Position numbers and translations under genes: made by a program. 64,000 nucleotides of DNA from Amphiscolops sp. MND2022 (lineage: Eukaryota). The number at the start of each line of letters is the position of its first letter. The first letter of the stretch is position 1. The notes below the pieces were generated by a model. The model had not been told where the DNA came from. It made no database searches and saw nothing but the letters and a program-made list of their open reading frames with translations. Location: positions 48,672,001 to 48,736,000 of the forward strand of contig OZ076409.1 of assembly GCA_964187785.1 (NCBI GenBank). The letters are read 5' to 3'. Of this stretch, positions 21,860 through 36,323 are shown one piece after another.

Positions 21860-23047
21860 GATATCTTAAAAAATAATTTTGAACGTTTTAAGGGAAGTTT
21901 TCATAATAGTAATATAGTAAAACTCAATTAACCTAATGTCATAATTTATGTGATATCTTTTCAACTTTTTTATTTGGACTTTTGAATTTCTACACTTGCA
22001 TGCTTAGAATTTATTTTTTACCCAATACATTTTTCATTTTTGTTGAACTATTATACGGTGAAATTCTGATAATTTTATAATTTTACTGGATCATCAGAAG
22101 CTTGTAAAATATCTACTGCTGGAATTAGTGAAAGTTATAATTAAAATAGCTCCAAATTGTGTTCCGAGAAAGTGTGGAAACAGGAGAAGAAAAAGCGTGT
22201 TCAACTTCGGTTTCGAAAACCTTGTTTTCAGTCGGCACGGTATGAAATATTACGCGGCTACTATAGTGGCTTTTCGCTAGTTTTCATTTTTTTCTAAACC
22301 GGTCTTGGCGATTTACCGAAATTACTAAAATCTACTACTAGTTGGAGCAGTTTTAAGAGCGCCGGGTTTCTATACTAACATAAACTAGAGTTCAAGGTAA
22401 CATAGCCTAGTGGTCAGAGCTTGCGACTTCTAGGCAGCATGTAGCTGGTTCATTTACAGACAAAAAACAGTTTCTCCACTTTTTAAAGCAGGTTTTGCTG
22501 TTTTGCAATTAAAATACAGGACTTTCAAAACCTTTTTTAAAACTTTCTGCTAATTCTGCAAAACACCAAAAAAAATTCATCAGGGAATTCAATTTGTAGC
22601 TATTGCAGTGACTTCAGATTTTTGTCGGAATTTTTCATAGTTTGCCTGCCTTAAAAATAACGAGACACTAATCCGTAAGATACTTTACAACCAGTCTATA
22701 ACAATTTCTTCCCTTTTCCTTGACCCTCGTAGGTTTTAACCTCCTAAAAATCACTTCACCACGGATCTAACGCAATATGCAGTTCCACGCAATTCCATAC
22801 ATGAAACTATCTGGTTCCGTACGATAAGTTAATATCCTTCTCGTACATGAAATCGTTTGGAATCATATGATTCCATAAATGCAATTGCATAAACCGATGG
22901 CATAATTTATACCATGGTTAAATGCAAATTATTCAGACATTTGGCTCTGGTGATCACAAAATTGACATAGATAGCACTAGACAATGCCGTGATGTTTAAA
23001 TAAAGTATACGTTGATTATTCAGAAAGTTTTCCGAAACATAACTCTC

Positions 23048-25048
23048 TGTAAGAAAATTTAGCTACAAGGGTTGGAGAGAAAACCCAAGGGCTCAACTCT
23101 TAACAGAAAGTTTTTTTTTGTTTGGTAGGTAAGGCTTCTGCGCCGATTGCTAGCGCGACTACTTTTCTCTCCCAATTGCTCTTCGGCTCTAATTATTCCA
23201 AAAAGTTCGACTGATGAGAGGATGCAATTACTTCTATACAGCAAACTTAACACTATCACAGCAAAGGTAACACTAAATAATTCGCCACTGCCAAACTAAA
23301 TAATCTCTATCTTTATGAATAAGACAACAACCCGCGATTCAGCCAGTTACGTTAGGCGAGTCCAATCTTGTTAAAGCACCGACTTCAACAAAATCACAAG
23401 TCCCGGACTTGTCAGTAAATCTACTTTAGGCTATCGACAACAAATTCTTCTAGAGAAGTATCTTGTCTCCGCGAGACTCAACTTTCTTTTAGCTCTTTAA
23501 ATTGGTTGTCTCTTTGATTCTGTTTTAATTCCACCTCTTTTATATTTATTCATCGTGCGTGTTTATGGTGATCATATCTTACCATTCTATCATGCGTGAC
23601 ATTTTCGTTACATACAGGGCGTCGGCATATTGAGTTTGCACGTGTTTCCCTTCATGTTTATCCGTTCCTTTTATGGTAAGGCGAACGCCACCGGTTATAC
23701 TCCGACTAAACATTCCTTGCCGCCAATGACAAAAAATTCGCAGCTTGTCCGAAGTCCACATTTCAATAATAATTCAAGTCACCCAAGATATTTTTAATAT
23801 CGAAAACATTGCTCAATGACCTTCAATTACAATGGTTTTTATGTTCTCTACACGTAAAGGGTACTTTTCCGTCCTTTCTAAGTGAGTTGCATTGCAAATC
23901 CTTTCGTCTGACTGAATTGCACAAATTATCACTTAACGACGCTGATTTACATGTGTTATCGCAAGTTCTTCCATACGTTCCGGGGTTACATCTAAAATGA
24001 CCTTGAGGTCCTTCCATGACCTTGAAGTTATTTGTCATCATCCAAAGTTGCCATATGCCAAGTTCTATCATTCTAGGGTCAATGGTTCCCGGGTTACATC
24101 ATATGCGTGTCGTTTGTTTACCTACAGCGGTTACCCCCGTATGTGTTACAAATACGATTTCATTCTTGTTAGTAATCGACTGCTATCATTATTCCGGTTC
24201 CTTTGAGGTATTACAAGCCAAGGTCAAATGTCATTTATCGGTCGGGCCTGTGCGTCCGGTCCCGCGTGCCTTATACAAACATTACTCCGCGCGTAATGGA
24301 CCGATTAATGTATCTTTCATGTATATTACGTAGGGTTACTAGGTGAACATCTTGGATAAGTTTTATTATCTTCGTGTCATCTGTTGGCTATTTACATAAC
24401 ATTCCGGGTTTATTTACTTAGGGTCCGTACTCCTCCTACACGCGTCGTAGGGTTCAGAAAATATACGCGAATGGCTTAATATCCTATGGGCTATCAATTC
24501 CATATTTAACACAACTTATTTCGTGTTTCGCCGATGAGTTCGAAGGGGGTCGACCTAGGTCACTTCCGGTGCTAATAGCTCGGGACTGGGGGGAGGTACG
24601 AGGTCAGGTAATTCGAGTCGAAAGTTGAGTTAACACCTCTAGTTTTTGCATGCCAAATTTCAGCTCGATCGGTCTAGCCCTTCCCAAAAACGGGGGGGGG
24701 GGGGTGGGGCGTGGTGTTTTTGCCTGCATGACTCCTTTTCGTACGAAAGAAGAACTTAGTAAAATTCGTAAAATTCGCTCGAAGCGGTCGATTCTAACTT
24801 AGCTAATTCGAACAATTTCGTGGTTGACGTCATTCCATAACTTATAAATTCTACCTAAGAACTTTCGTTTACTAAGTAAATACCTAGTTTGCCAAATAGG
24901 CCATATCGAAGCATGCTATCGTCAGCCTGTTCAGCTTATTTCACTTTTCCGGCGGTCTAAAAACGTGATTAACATAGTCCTGTCGGTCGTATGTACTTCG
25001 CGCAAAAGCAATGGATTTTTGCAGACACCAAAAACTAAAATTTCCACA
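23048..25048. mobile_element. Solo LTR (2001 bp) of another family
   Basis: Ends TGTAAGAAAATTTAG ... CTAAAATTTCCACA form imperfect inverted termini. 5-bp TSD CTCTC at 23043-23047 and 25049-25053. Confidence 0.75.
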
Positions 25049-27149
25049 CTCTCGTCTAACCAATGTTGGAGACGGTCAGATTCGGATGCGGGACAAAACA
25101 GCCGATTTTAAAACGAGACAAAACAGCCGATTTTCAAACCGAGACAAAACAGCCGATTTTCAAAACGGGACAAAACAGCCAAAAAAGTAAAAAATGTATT
25201 TTGAAAAAAAAAAACTTAAGGCTCGAATGGCTCAATTTTAAAGTGTTCATCAAAAATATTATGTGAGTTGGTTTTTCGGTTTTCAATAAACATTGGAGGC
25301 GTCTTTCAACTGACACGCTTACATTCTTTTGTATTCTAGAGTTTATCAACGCACTTCTTTACTTGAAACCATTATATCGATGTAATGGTTTCAAGTAAAG
25401 AAGTGCGTGGAATTGTGGTGATCAAATAGTTTCAGAATTGGAATAGCATGGAAGCATCTTGAATTTGGATACCTGCTAGTCTGCAGATCTTTCAGCTATA
25501 GTTTTCTGAAGCTATTTCTCTGTTTATTTTCGTCTCTGTGCGACTTTTTTCCGTAACAAAAACTTGAAACACTGCAAAAGAGTCCCCCGTTTAATTTTTC
25601 GATCTTTTCAGTAATAAAACTCTATTCGAGCCAGAAGAGCCCATCTCTGGATTTCTTGGCACCATGCAATTTTTTTCTGAGAAGTTTCAACTTTTACAGA
25701 AGGTCCCACTTTTGGTCCTTTTTGTTTTCAATTAGAAAAAGTCTTCAAGCTCAAAGGTCCCTCTTCGGGTTTTTAGGACGCTGCAATTTTTTTAAAAAAA
25801 CGTAATCCAGCATTTATCAAATATAAAATGAATGAAAGAAGAAACCCACTTATAGTTATTTACTACTGTGTGATTGAGTTCCTGGCTCGTTTCCTTGACG
25901 ACTATTTCCGAAACGTGCTGAATCTTTTCGATAGTTGACTAAAGCAACTTCAAGTAATCGCTGAACTTAAAATTGAAACAACTGAATTAGACAGAAGCTG
26001 CACAATGGCCATGAGTTTTGAGTTGGGCTGGTCTCCAGACAATTCACGGGAAGAGTTTACATTGACGGACGCAGAATTTTGCAGCAGGACCGCTTGCTAT
26101 CGTCTTTGAATTCGCGACGGTAGACGTTTCTGGTAGTTCTACACATGCCTGGTGCTTAAGCTGCAGGGGAACTCCAAACCTTGATCAAGTGGAGCCATAT
26201 TTTATCCAGGAATGATGCACAGAAACACACCGTCCAGCTGTGGAAGGTGAGAGCTTCCCTCCAGCACAGGGTATGCTCTACAATAGTAATTGTTCCTGAG
26301 TTGGTCGTGAGAGTGGACACAGTACAACCCCTTCATTTTCCAGCTGAACAGCTGCCGTGTGAAAGTGTTGGCTTCATCATACCACTGCAACTGGCAGACA
26401 AAACGCTGGCACTTGCACTAGCAAACATACTTGGACCGACGGTATTATCCGGTACCCGATCAAGCCTTTATTTATAACTGTCAAGGTGGCAACAACGCCC
26501 ATATACACCTATTGGCAAGGACTGTCACCCCTACTTTATGCGCGCATGTTAACTGGCGTGCTGTCAACTGCCGTTTGCGGTTCCGAACGCCTATACAACA
26601 ACAAAAACAGAACAAAACAGGAGGAAAAACTTCTGGGCGTGCTTCGTACCAGGACGAAAAAAGGGTGCTTTCTTTTTGGGAGCACGGGAACGTGAAATTT
26701 AACGACTAATTTCAGCTTGCTCCTTGCCCATTCCCATGGTCGAGGGAAAGCCTGCGCAAGGTAATCAATGTTCTACTCTCACTAACTACAGATTTTAGCT
26801 TAAGGAGATTGTGTTAAGAGAATATCTATAGTTCACCAACTGTAATGTAGACTCTATATGTAAATAATGAAGCATCTAATTAGGAATGTATTTTAGTTTT
26901 GTTTATCAACAGTAATCAGGTGGACTAGACAGATTCTAACAGCTCTTGCGTATTTACCATCAAGACAGTGTCTGTTCTTCGGATTGATTTCACCGCTTGT
27001 GTTGATTGTCGGTTCTTTTCTTGCTTATTGCCGGTCTGAAAGAATGGTCCCGAAGTGAATTTTCGGTTTATCATTTTCCTCGGTATCCGTTTTTGCGGCA
27101 CTCTCGGTTCCGGGTACCGCTTACAGCGGTTTGTATTTTGGTTTGATAT

Positions 27150-28535
27150 TTCCCTTCTAATGACTTTTTGTTATAGTTCTTTTCAACGCAATAGAAAGAA
27201 TAGCTAACCTAAATTTTCTTCTTCTGTGACTTTGCACCTTCATTGAGGTGTTTCTCTTCTATTTTGCTCCTCGCCATTACTATGTGGTTGGTGATCTCTC
27301 CTTAAGCATCACGGCCCACATAATTTGAAGTTTTCGGTCTGTTCGGTGCTGAAATAGTCCTACCAATTAGACAAATATGTTTTCCGTTTTTAACGATATT
27401 CGTTAATTTGGTTGTCGGTTTTTTTCCGTGGTGTAACTCGAACTGTGCTACTTTTAATACAGTATGTATTGTAGCACGCGTTACGCGGAGAGCTCGATTT
27501 ACACTTTCGGTTAAACTTATTCCGTCCTCTAAATTTGCTCAATGTTTCGGCTTTTGCAAAGTTGTCTATATTCTTTGGAAGTGAATGCCTCCACTTTGTC
27601 GGATTCTATCTTTTCTGGTATTCCGGACAAATCCAAATTTTCTCGATAGGAAATTCATCACCTCTTTTGTTTCTGAGGTTTTGCAGTTTTTTACGGTAGG
27701 ATGTTTGCTAAATCTGTCTACCGCGATCAGTATTGGTACACCACTGTGTAATTGTTTGTTATGAAGTTTTCCGGTAAAATCAATTTGTTTTCCTGGCCGG
27801 GTACAGTTAGTTTTTCAAATTTTTTGTAGTGCTTTTTCGCTAATTGGCATTTAAGGCAATTACTTGATGCTAGGCATGCTGTGTAGTTCTTCACTTTACT
27901 CTCGATGTCTTGCTTCATGTCCGGCCACCAAAATATTTTCGCTTCAGACGTCAGTTTCGTGATGCCGAAGTCACCGGAATGCAAGCTGTCAAGCTGCCGA
28001 TTAGACCGCGTCTAAGGTCTATTGGAATGACGATTTGGTCGTCAACGAATTTAAGGTCACATCTGATAGAGAATTTGTCGAAAACTGCTCGGTTGCCCTC
28101 CAGATTCGTTTCTCTGTCTTTTCGGCGCATGCTGTTTGTAACCCGTGTCAGCTCCGTCTTAGAGATTAGAGTCTTTAAGGCCAACAAGAACTCGAACTCG
28201 GCTTTCTTGTTTGTAGTAAGTTTTCCGACGATATGGTTGATTTGCATACACTTGGCTTCTTTCCCGTCGGTTGTATTTCGTTAGATTGACAATTGGTAGA
28301 TTGTCGCCCGGCAAGATTATGCTATTTTCTTCAATTTCGGCAGCCTCTTCTTCTTCGATTTCTCCTCTTCCCGTTTGTATTCCGGTTCATCTTCTTCCTC
28401 TACTACTATCAGTTGATAGCTGCCTCCAATTCTGTTCGCGCTCTGGATCAGTTCCGCAACAATTTCGGCGATTTCCTCTCTGCTCGGTTTGTTCTGCCGG
28501 GATGGTGCAAATACCGTTCTTTGTGATTGGTGATC
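27150..28535 (-). pseudogene. Decayed Gypsy-type pol (integrase) fragment
   Basis: Frameshifted pieces: IVIPIDLRR, then HSGDFGITKLTSEAKIFWWPDMKQDIESKVKNYTACLA (remnant of the HHCC zinc domain). Truncated by the satellite. Confidence 0.8.
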
Positions 28536-31500
28536 GACCCTTTAAAACATTTCAATTCAAGAAGATTGTCGAAATTTAAACAAAAATGCGTAAAAAATTT
28601 GAAAATTGAAAAATTTTGAGGTTTTTGTCATTTTCGGTGTCAATTTGAGACATTGTCACTCAAAATACTGTAATTAACTCCTCCAAAAAGCCTACTGGAC
28701 AACACATTTTTTCATTGTTGACCCTTTCAAGGTTCCGATCTATAAAACCCATTGAAATTTTGGAAAAAATCTGCAAAAAAGCTTTGGAAATTCGAAACTT
28801 TTGAGTTTTTTTGTCATTTTTGGTGTCAATTTGAGACATTTTCCTTCAGAACAATGCAACTATCTCTTCATTAAGGACTACTGGGCAACGAAATATTTCT
28901 TTGTTGACCCTTTAAAACATTTCAATCGAAGATGATTGTCGAAACTTCAACAAAAAATGGGTAAAAACTTTGAAAATTGAAAAATTTTGGGGTTTTTGTC
29001 ATTTTCGGTGTCATTTTGAGACATTGTCACTTGAAATACTGTAATTAACTCCTCCAAAAAGCCTACTGGACAACACATTTTTTCATTTCATTGTTGAGCC
29101 TTTCAATGTTCCAATCTAAAAAATTCCATTGAAACTGCGGGAAAAAACTGCATAAAACCTTTGGAAATTCTAAAAGATTGAGATTTTTGTCATGATTGGT
29201 GTCAATTTGAGATATTTTCATTCAAAACATTGCAACTATCTCTTCAATAAAGACTACTGGACAACGAAATGTTTCTTTGTTGACCCTTTAAAACATTTCA
29301 ATCGAAGAAGATTGTTGAAACTTCAATAAAAAATGCGTGAAAACTTAGAAAATTGGAAATTTTGGGGTTTTTGTCATTTTCGTTGAAAATTTAAGACATG
29401 TTCAAAATGGAAACTGCAATAAACTCTTCAAAATAACCTACTGGACAACACATTTTTTCCTTGTTGACCCTATTTAACGTTCCAATCCATAAAGTCTGTC
29501 GAAAATTTGGAAAAAAATGCATAAAATCTTTGAAAATTAGAAAATGATTGGGTTTTTGTAATTTTCGGTGTCAATATGAGATTTATTCATAGGAAAACAG
29601 CAATTAGCTATTCAAAAAAGCCTACTAGACAGCGAAATGTTTCTTTCTGACCCTTTAAAACATTTCAAACCAAGAAGATTGTCGAAACTTTAACAAAAAA
29701 TTGGTAAAAACTTTGAAAATTGGAAAGTTTTGGGGTTTTTGTCATTTTCGGTGTCAATTTGAGCATTGTCACTTAGAAAACTGTAATTAATTCCTCCAAA
29801 AAGCCTACTGGACAACACATTTTTTCATTGTTGACCTTTTTCAACGTTGCAATCTATAATATCCAATGAAACTTTGGAAAAAAACTGCATAAAACCTTAG
29901 GAAATTCTAAAATTTTGAGATTTTTGTCATTTTTGGTGTCAATTTGAGACATTTTCATTCAGAACATTGCAACTATCTCTTCATTAAAGACTACTGGACA
30001 ACGATTTGTTTCTTTGTTGACCCTTTTAAACATTTCAATTGAAGAAGATTGTCGAAACTTCAACAAAAAATGCGTGAAAACTTTGAAAATTGGAAATTTT
30101 GGGGTTTTCGTCATTTTCGTTGACAATTTAAGACATTTTCAAAACGGAAACTGCAATAAACTCTTCAAAAAAACCTACTACTGGACAACACATTGATTCC
30201 TTGTTGACCCTATTTAACGTTCTAATCCATAAAGTCTGTCGAAAATTTGGAAAAAAAATCCATAAAATCTTTAAAATTTAGAAATTGATTGGGTTTTTGT
30301 AATTTTCGGTGTCATTATGAGATTTATTCATAAAAAAACAGCAATTAGCTCTTCACAAAAGCCTACTAGACAGCGAAATGTTCCTTTCTGACCCTTTAAA
30401 ACATTTCAAACCAAGAAGATTGTCGAAACTTAAACAAAAAATGGGTAAAAACTTTGGAAATTGAAAAATTTTGGAGTTTTTGTCATTTTCGGTGTCAATT
30501 TGAAACATTGTCACTTGAAAAACTGTAATTAACTCCTCCAAAAAGCCTACTGGACAACACATTTTTTCATTGTTGACCTCTTTCAACGTTGCAATTTATA
30601 AAATCCACTGAAAAGTTTAAAAAAATCTGCAAAAAACCTTTGGAAATTCTAAAATTTTGAGATTTTTGTCTTTTTTGGTGTCAATTTGAGACATTTTCAT
30701 TCAGAACATTGCAACTATCTCTTCATTAAAGACTACTGGACAACGAATTGTTTCTTTGTTGACCCTTTAAAACATTTCAATTGAAGAAGATTGTCGAAAC
30801 TTCAACAAAAAATGCGTGAAAACTTTGAAAATTGGAAATTTTGGGGTTTTTGTCATTTTCGTTGACAATTTAAGACATTTTCAAAACGGAAACTGCAATA
30901 AACTCTCCAAAAAAGCCTACTGGACAACACATTCTTTCCTTGTTGACCCTATTCAACGTTCCAATCCATAAAGTCTGTCGAGAATTTGGAAAAAAATGCA
31001 TAAAATCTTTGAAATTTAGAAAATGGTTGAGTTTCAGTGATTTTCGGTGTCAATTTGAGATTTTTTCATCAAAAAACAGCAATTAGCTCTTCAAAAAAGT
31101 CTACTAGACAACGAAATGTTTCTTTTTGACTCTTCAAAACATTTCAATCCAAGAAGATTGTCGAAACGTTAACAAAAAGTGCGTAAAAACATTGAAAATT
31201 GAAAAGTTTTGGGTTTTTCGTTGTTTTCGGAGTCAATTTGAGACCTTGTCACCAGAAAAACAGTAATTAACTCCTCCAAACAGCCTATTGGACAACAAAT
31301 TTTTTCATTGTTGACCCTTTTCAACGTTCCAATCTATAAAATTTATTGAAATTTTGGAAAAAAACTGCATAAAATATTTGGAAATGCTTCAATTTTGAGA
31401 TTTTTGTCATTTTTGGTGTCAATTTGAGACACTTTCATTCAGAACATCGCAACTATCTCTTCATTAAAGACTACTGGACAACGAATTGGTTCTTTGTTGG

Positions 31501-33422
31501 CCTTTTAAAACATTTCAATCCAAGAAGATTGTCGAAACTTTGACAAAAATTGCGTAAAAACTTTGAAAATTGAAAAATTTTAGGGTTTTTGTCAATTTCG
31601 GTGTCAATTTGAGACGTTGTCACTTGAACAACTGTAATTAACTCCTCCAAACAGCCTATTGGACAACAAATTTTTTCATTGTTGAGCCTTTTCAACGTTC
31701 CAATCTATAAAATCCATTGAAATTTTGGAAAAAAAACTGCATAAAATCTCTGGAAATTCGAAAATTTCGAGATTTTTGTCATTTCGGTGTCAATTTGAGA
31801 CATTTTCATTCAAAACATTGCAACTATTTCTTTATTAAAGACTACTGGACAACGAATTGTTTCTTTGTTGACCCTTTAAAACATTTCAATCGAAGAAGAT
31901 TGTCGATACTCCAATAAAAAATGCGTGAAAACTTTGAAAACTGGAAATTTTGGGGTTTTTGTCATTTTCGTTGACAATTTAAGACATTTTCAAAACGAAA
32001 ACTGCAATAAACTCTTCAAAAAAGCCTACTGGACAACAGATTCTTTCCTTGTTGACTTTATTCAACGTTCCAATCCATAAAGTCTGTCAAGAATTTGGAA
32101 AAAAATGCATAAAATCTTTGAAATTTAGAAAATGGTTGGGTTTCTGTGATTTTCGGTGTCAATTTGAGAATTTTTCATAGAAAAACAGCAATTAGCTCTT
32201 CAGAGAAGCCTACTAGACAACGAAATGTTTCTCTTTGACCCTTTAAAACATTTCAATCCAAGAAGACTGTTGAAACCTTAACAAAAAATGCATAAAAACT
32301 TTGAAAATTGGAAAACTTTGGGTTTTTTGTCATTTTCGGTGTCAATTTGAGACATTGTCACTTGAAAAACTGTAAATAACACCTCAGAAAAACCAACTGG
32401 ACAACACATTTTTTCATTGTTGAGCCTTTTCAACGTTCCAATCTATAAAATTCATTGAAATTTTGGAAAAAACTGCATAAAATATTTGGAAATTCTTAAA
32501 TTTTGAGATTTTTGTCGTTTTTGGTGTCAATTTGAGACACTTTCATTCAGAACATTGCAACTATCTCTTCATTAAAGACTACTGGACAACGAATTGTTTC
32601 TTTGTTGACCCTTCAAAACATTTCAATCTAAGAAGAATGTCGAAACTTTAACAAAAATTGCGTAAAAATTTTGAAAATTGAAAAATTTTGGGGTTTTTGT
32701 CAATCTCGGTGTCAATTTGAGACGTTGTCACTTGAACAACTGTAATTAACTCGTCTAAAAAGTCTACTGGACAACACATTTTTTCATTGTTGAGCCTTTT
32801 CAACGTTCCAATCTATAAAATTCATTGAAATTTTGGAAAAAACTGCATAAAATATTTGGAAATTCTTAAATTTTGAGATTTTTGTCATTTTTGGTGTCAA
32901 TTTGAGACACTTTCATTCAGAACATTGCAACTATCTCTTCATTAAAGACTACTGGACAACGAATTGTTTCTTTGTTGACCCTTTAAAACATTTCAATCCA
33001 AGAAGATTGTCGAGACTTTAACAAAAATTGCGTAAAAACTTTAAAAATTGAAAAATTTTGGGGCTTTTGTCAATTTCGGTGTCAATTTGAGACGTTGTCA
33101 CTTGAACAACTGTAATTAACTCCTCTAAAAAGTCTACTGGACAACACATTTGTTCATTGTTGAGCCTTTTCAACGTTCCAATCTATAAAATCCATTGAAC
33201 TTTTGAAAAAAAAACTGCATAAAATCTCTGGAAATTCGAAAATTTCGAGATATTTGTCATTTCGGTGTCAATTTGAGTCATTTTCATTCAAAACATTGCA
33301 ATTATCTCTTTATCAAAGACTACTGGACAACGAATTGTTTCTTTGTTGACCCTTTAAAACATTTCAATCGAAGAAGATTGTCGATACTCCAATAAAAAAT
33401 GCGTGAAAACTTTGAAAACTGG
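28536..33422. repeat. Satellite array, ~185-bp monomers (about 26), with four monomer variants
   Basis: The anchor CTACT(G/A)GACAAC...GTTGACCCTTT recurs every ~183-187 bp. Confidence 0.95.
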
Positions 33423-35379
33423 ACATTACGATACACGTACCGGTAAGCTGCATTTCAGTCAAGCAGCGTAATCTGTGTAATCCGTAAAATGGTCATTCAG
33501 CGTAAGTTAGTCAAGACGGTCTATGCTTCAACGGTGTAGCTGTGTCAACGCGCGTAATGGAAAATAGTGTAAGCTAGTCAAAACACGTAGTTAGTGAAAA
33601 GTGGAAGTTAGTCCAAAAATACTCTTTTTCGTAATTCAGTCAAAACTTTGACTAACTTCCGCTTTTTGCAAATTGCATATCGCTATACTTGCAATAAGTG
33701 GAAGTTAGTCAAAGTTTTGACTAACTTACACCATGTTTATATGCATTCAAAACTCAGTGTTCATTTTAATTCCAATTCATACCACAGCATCGTAAACCAG
33801 TCAAAGTAAACAATGATTCAATAAATAATTAGTTATCATTACTGAGCTCTACCGTGCATAGTACGTATAAACTGCATTCAATGCAAGTTGCACACGTGAA
33901 CACGTGTGTTTCATCCACGCATTTACGTGCAAATAAAATACCTTGTAGCTTCTAATTAGTACAATTGATTGATCTGTCAACGATCTGTTTCCTATTTTAA
34001 AACATAATTTCAAAGCAGCCCTCATTAATAGTTGCCTAACTAATTTTAATTTTGGTCCCTGTCGTGAGCACAGTCACCGGAATGATTGGATAACTTGTTA
34101 TTTTGGTCTGGGTATTTTGAGCCAGGGTATTGGCAAGGATCTATTTTGATCTCTGTCGTGAGCAACATCAAGAAAATATTGTAACAAATAGTCTATACGA
34201 AGTTGAAACTTTATCAAACCGAAAACAGTAGTTTATGGAATACCTATCTTGAATTATTGAACTAAAAACGAAGTTTGGACCATGTGCCTTATTCTCCCTC
34301 AGATAAATACTGTTTCTTATCCAACAACATCCCCCCATCCAAGTCTTCCCAAACAAGTGAAAGTAGGTCACTATTCCAATATGAGATCCAAATGTGCCTC
34401 ACCCCCTTATATAAAAACCGTTTCTTAATTGCTTGTTGTTAATTAATTGCTTAGTCAAATAATTGAATGGTTTTCTAAAGAAGTAAAGAAGTAAATTCAA
34501 TTGGTCAAATGGAAAAGAGAATGAGAGAATTGTTTTCAAAAATTGAATTACTTTGTATCATGGTTAAGCATTAAAAGCATTGAATAACGCCACGTGACAT
34601 ATACGTCACGTTACATATACGGTACATGTATGTTTTAAAAGTTTATGAATGTGTGCAAAGCAGCGGCAAAGTGGGGATGTTGGCGCGGTCGATAAGTCCG
34701 TGGGATGTGACTGTTAGTACCACAGGATCGATCCCAGCCATTATCACACTGGCTAGGTGAATCGATGCACACAACTCTGACAAAGATTTTCTCCATATTT
34801 GGCGTCTCATTTCGCAGAATATTCCACATTGAAGGTATCAACACCGCTGAAACATCCTTTTTGATGAGAGGAACTCCAAGGTGTGTCCTTGTTCTGTGCC
34901 GCAACTTGCGCAAGTTGAACTTTGTGTCCCCCGACTTTTTGTGACCAGACCTTGGTAAGTAATGATTGCAATGATATTCATACTGAAAATACGTTATCTT
35001 TACGGCGTTTGGTTCTAAGTGAACAATTGAAAATTTTGCAATGATTTTTCAATAATGAAATTTTGTTTCGAAGACTGAATTCAACTGCAATTTGAAATAA
35101 TCACGAAGCATAATCATTCAATAAGTATTGCAGTTATTTTTCACTGATTTATTTATTACCAAGGTTTGGTGGTGACTCAAAGCAAACCACTGAGACAAAT
35201 TCCCTCCATATTGATTCAGCAAAAGACACATGTCTTGTTCCGCTTTCCAATCCCACATTGAAGGTATCATCACCGCTGGAACTTCCTTGTTGATGAAAGG
35301 AATTGTTCAATCCTTGTTCATATCAAATGAAAGTATTCTTCTTTCTTCTTTCGGAACTCTTGAATGTAAATTCCCTCCA

Positions 35380-36050
35380 TGATCTTTTCTGTTAATTCCC
35401 CCCCCCACGGTAAAGGCGGAAATTTTAATTCCCCACCACTATCCAGGGGTGTGAAATATTGTACTGGTTATTGTATTGTAGCTCACAATAACTTATTTTT
35501 ATTGCGTGCGCACAAAAACAAATAATTGTTTCAATAACTTGAATTATTTAAAGCAAACATAAATTATTGATCAACATCATCAACAATTATTGCTTATCAA
35601 CGACAGAAGAAACTAGTTTTGAGTCCCAGAAATCTTTGTTGAATTTCAGAAAAATTTGCGCTTCCACGTTAACTGGGGTCGTTTTCTTGGATAATCAGTA
35701 AAAACGGCACGAACGACACTAAATCGCATTGTATCGATCTGCGCTGTATGCGCGGCGATTCAGACTTTAAATTATTGAGCCATTGAAAACAATTATTGTT
35801 GCAATCAAACAAATTATTGCTATTGAATTTTTGCCTAAAAAAATAATTTTATTGTATTTATTGAAAATTATTTATCAATAAATTACTTATTTTACACCCC
35901 TGCCACTATCAGCGATGAGTTTTAGTTGCAGTTAGAGCTATTAAATACTGCAATTTGATTGGTTGTTACTATTAATTCAGTGATAATTTCACTTGACCGC
36001 TTAACTGGGGGGGAATTAAATTGGTGGGGGGGAATTAACAGAAAAGATCC
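35380..36050. mobile_element. MITE with GATCTTTTCTGTTAATTCCCCCCC terminal inverted repeats (Merlin-like termini)
   Basis: About 25-bp TIRs; TCCCTCCA(T) duplicated on both flanks (8-9 bp). Confidence 0.75.
35444..35902. mobile_element. hAT-type MITE nested in the previous MITE
   Basis: TIR CAGGGGTGT/ACACCCCTG; perfect 8-bp TSD CCACTATC (35436-35443 and 35903-35910). Confidence 0.85.
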
Positions 36051-36323
36051 TCCCTCCATATTAATTCAGCAAAGAGCACGTCTTGTTCCGCTTTCCAATG
36101 GTACAAAAATCCCACATTGAAGGTATCAACACCGCTGTAACATCCTTGTTGATGAGAGGAACTCTTGAATGAAAACTTCCATTAAAAGTTTATACTGGTC
36201 CGATTAACTGTTTAAACTGATTGATTACGCAAAAATAGTGTGAAGAATGTTTGTATCTCAAATTGAGATTCTCAATTCCAAACTCTCACTTTGAAAAAAA
36301 TTAAATTGATGGTTTCTAGTTTG

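Noticed and set aside
26181..26709. Cluster of short ORFs next to the decayed integrase
   Set aside because: No recognisable motifs and no consistent frame; may be decayed element sequence but cannot be supported.
30014..31917. Short ORFs in the first satellite (likewise 45951-47646)
   Set aside because: Chance ORFs in tandem repeats; the peptides repeat with the monomer.
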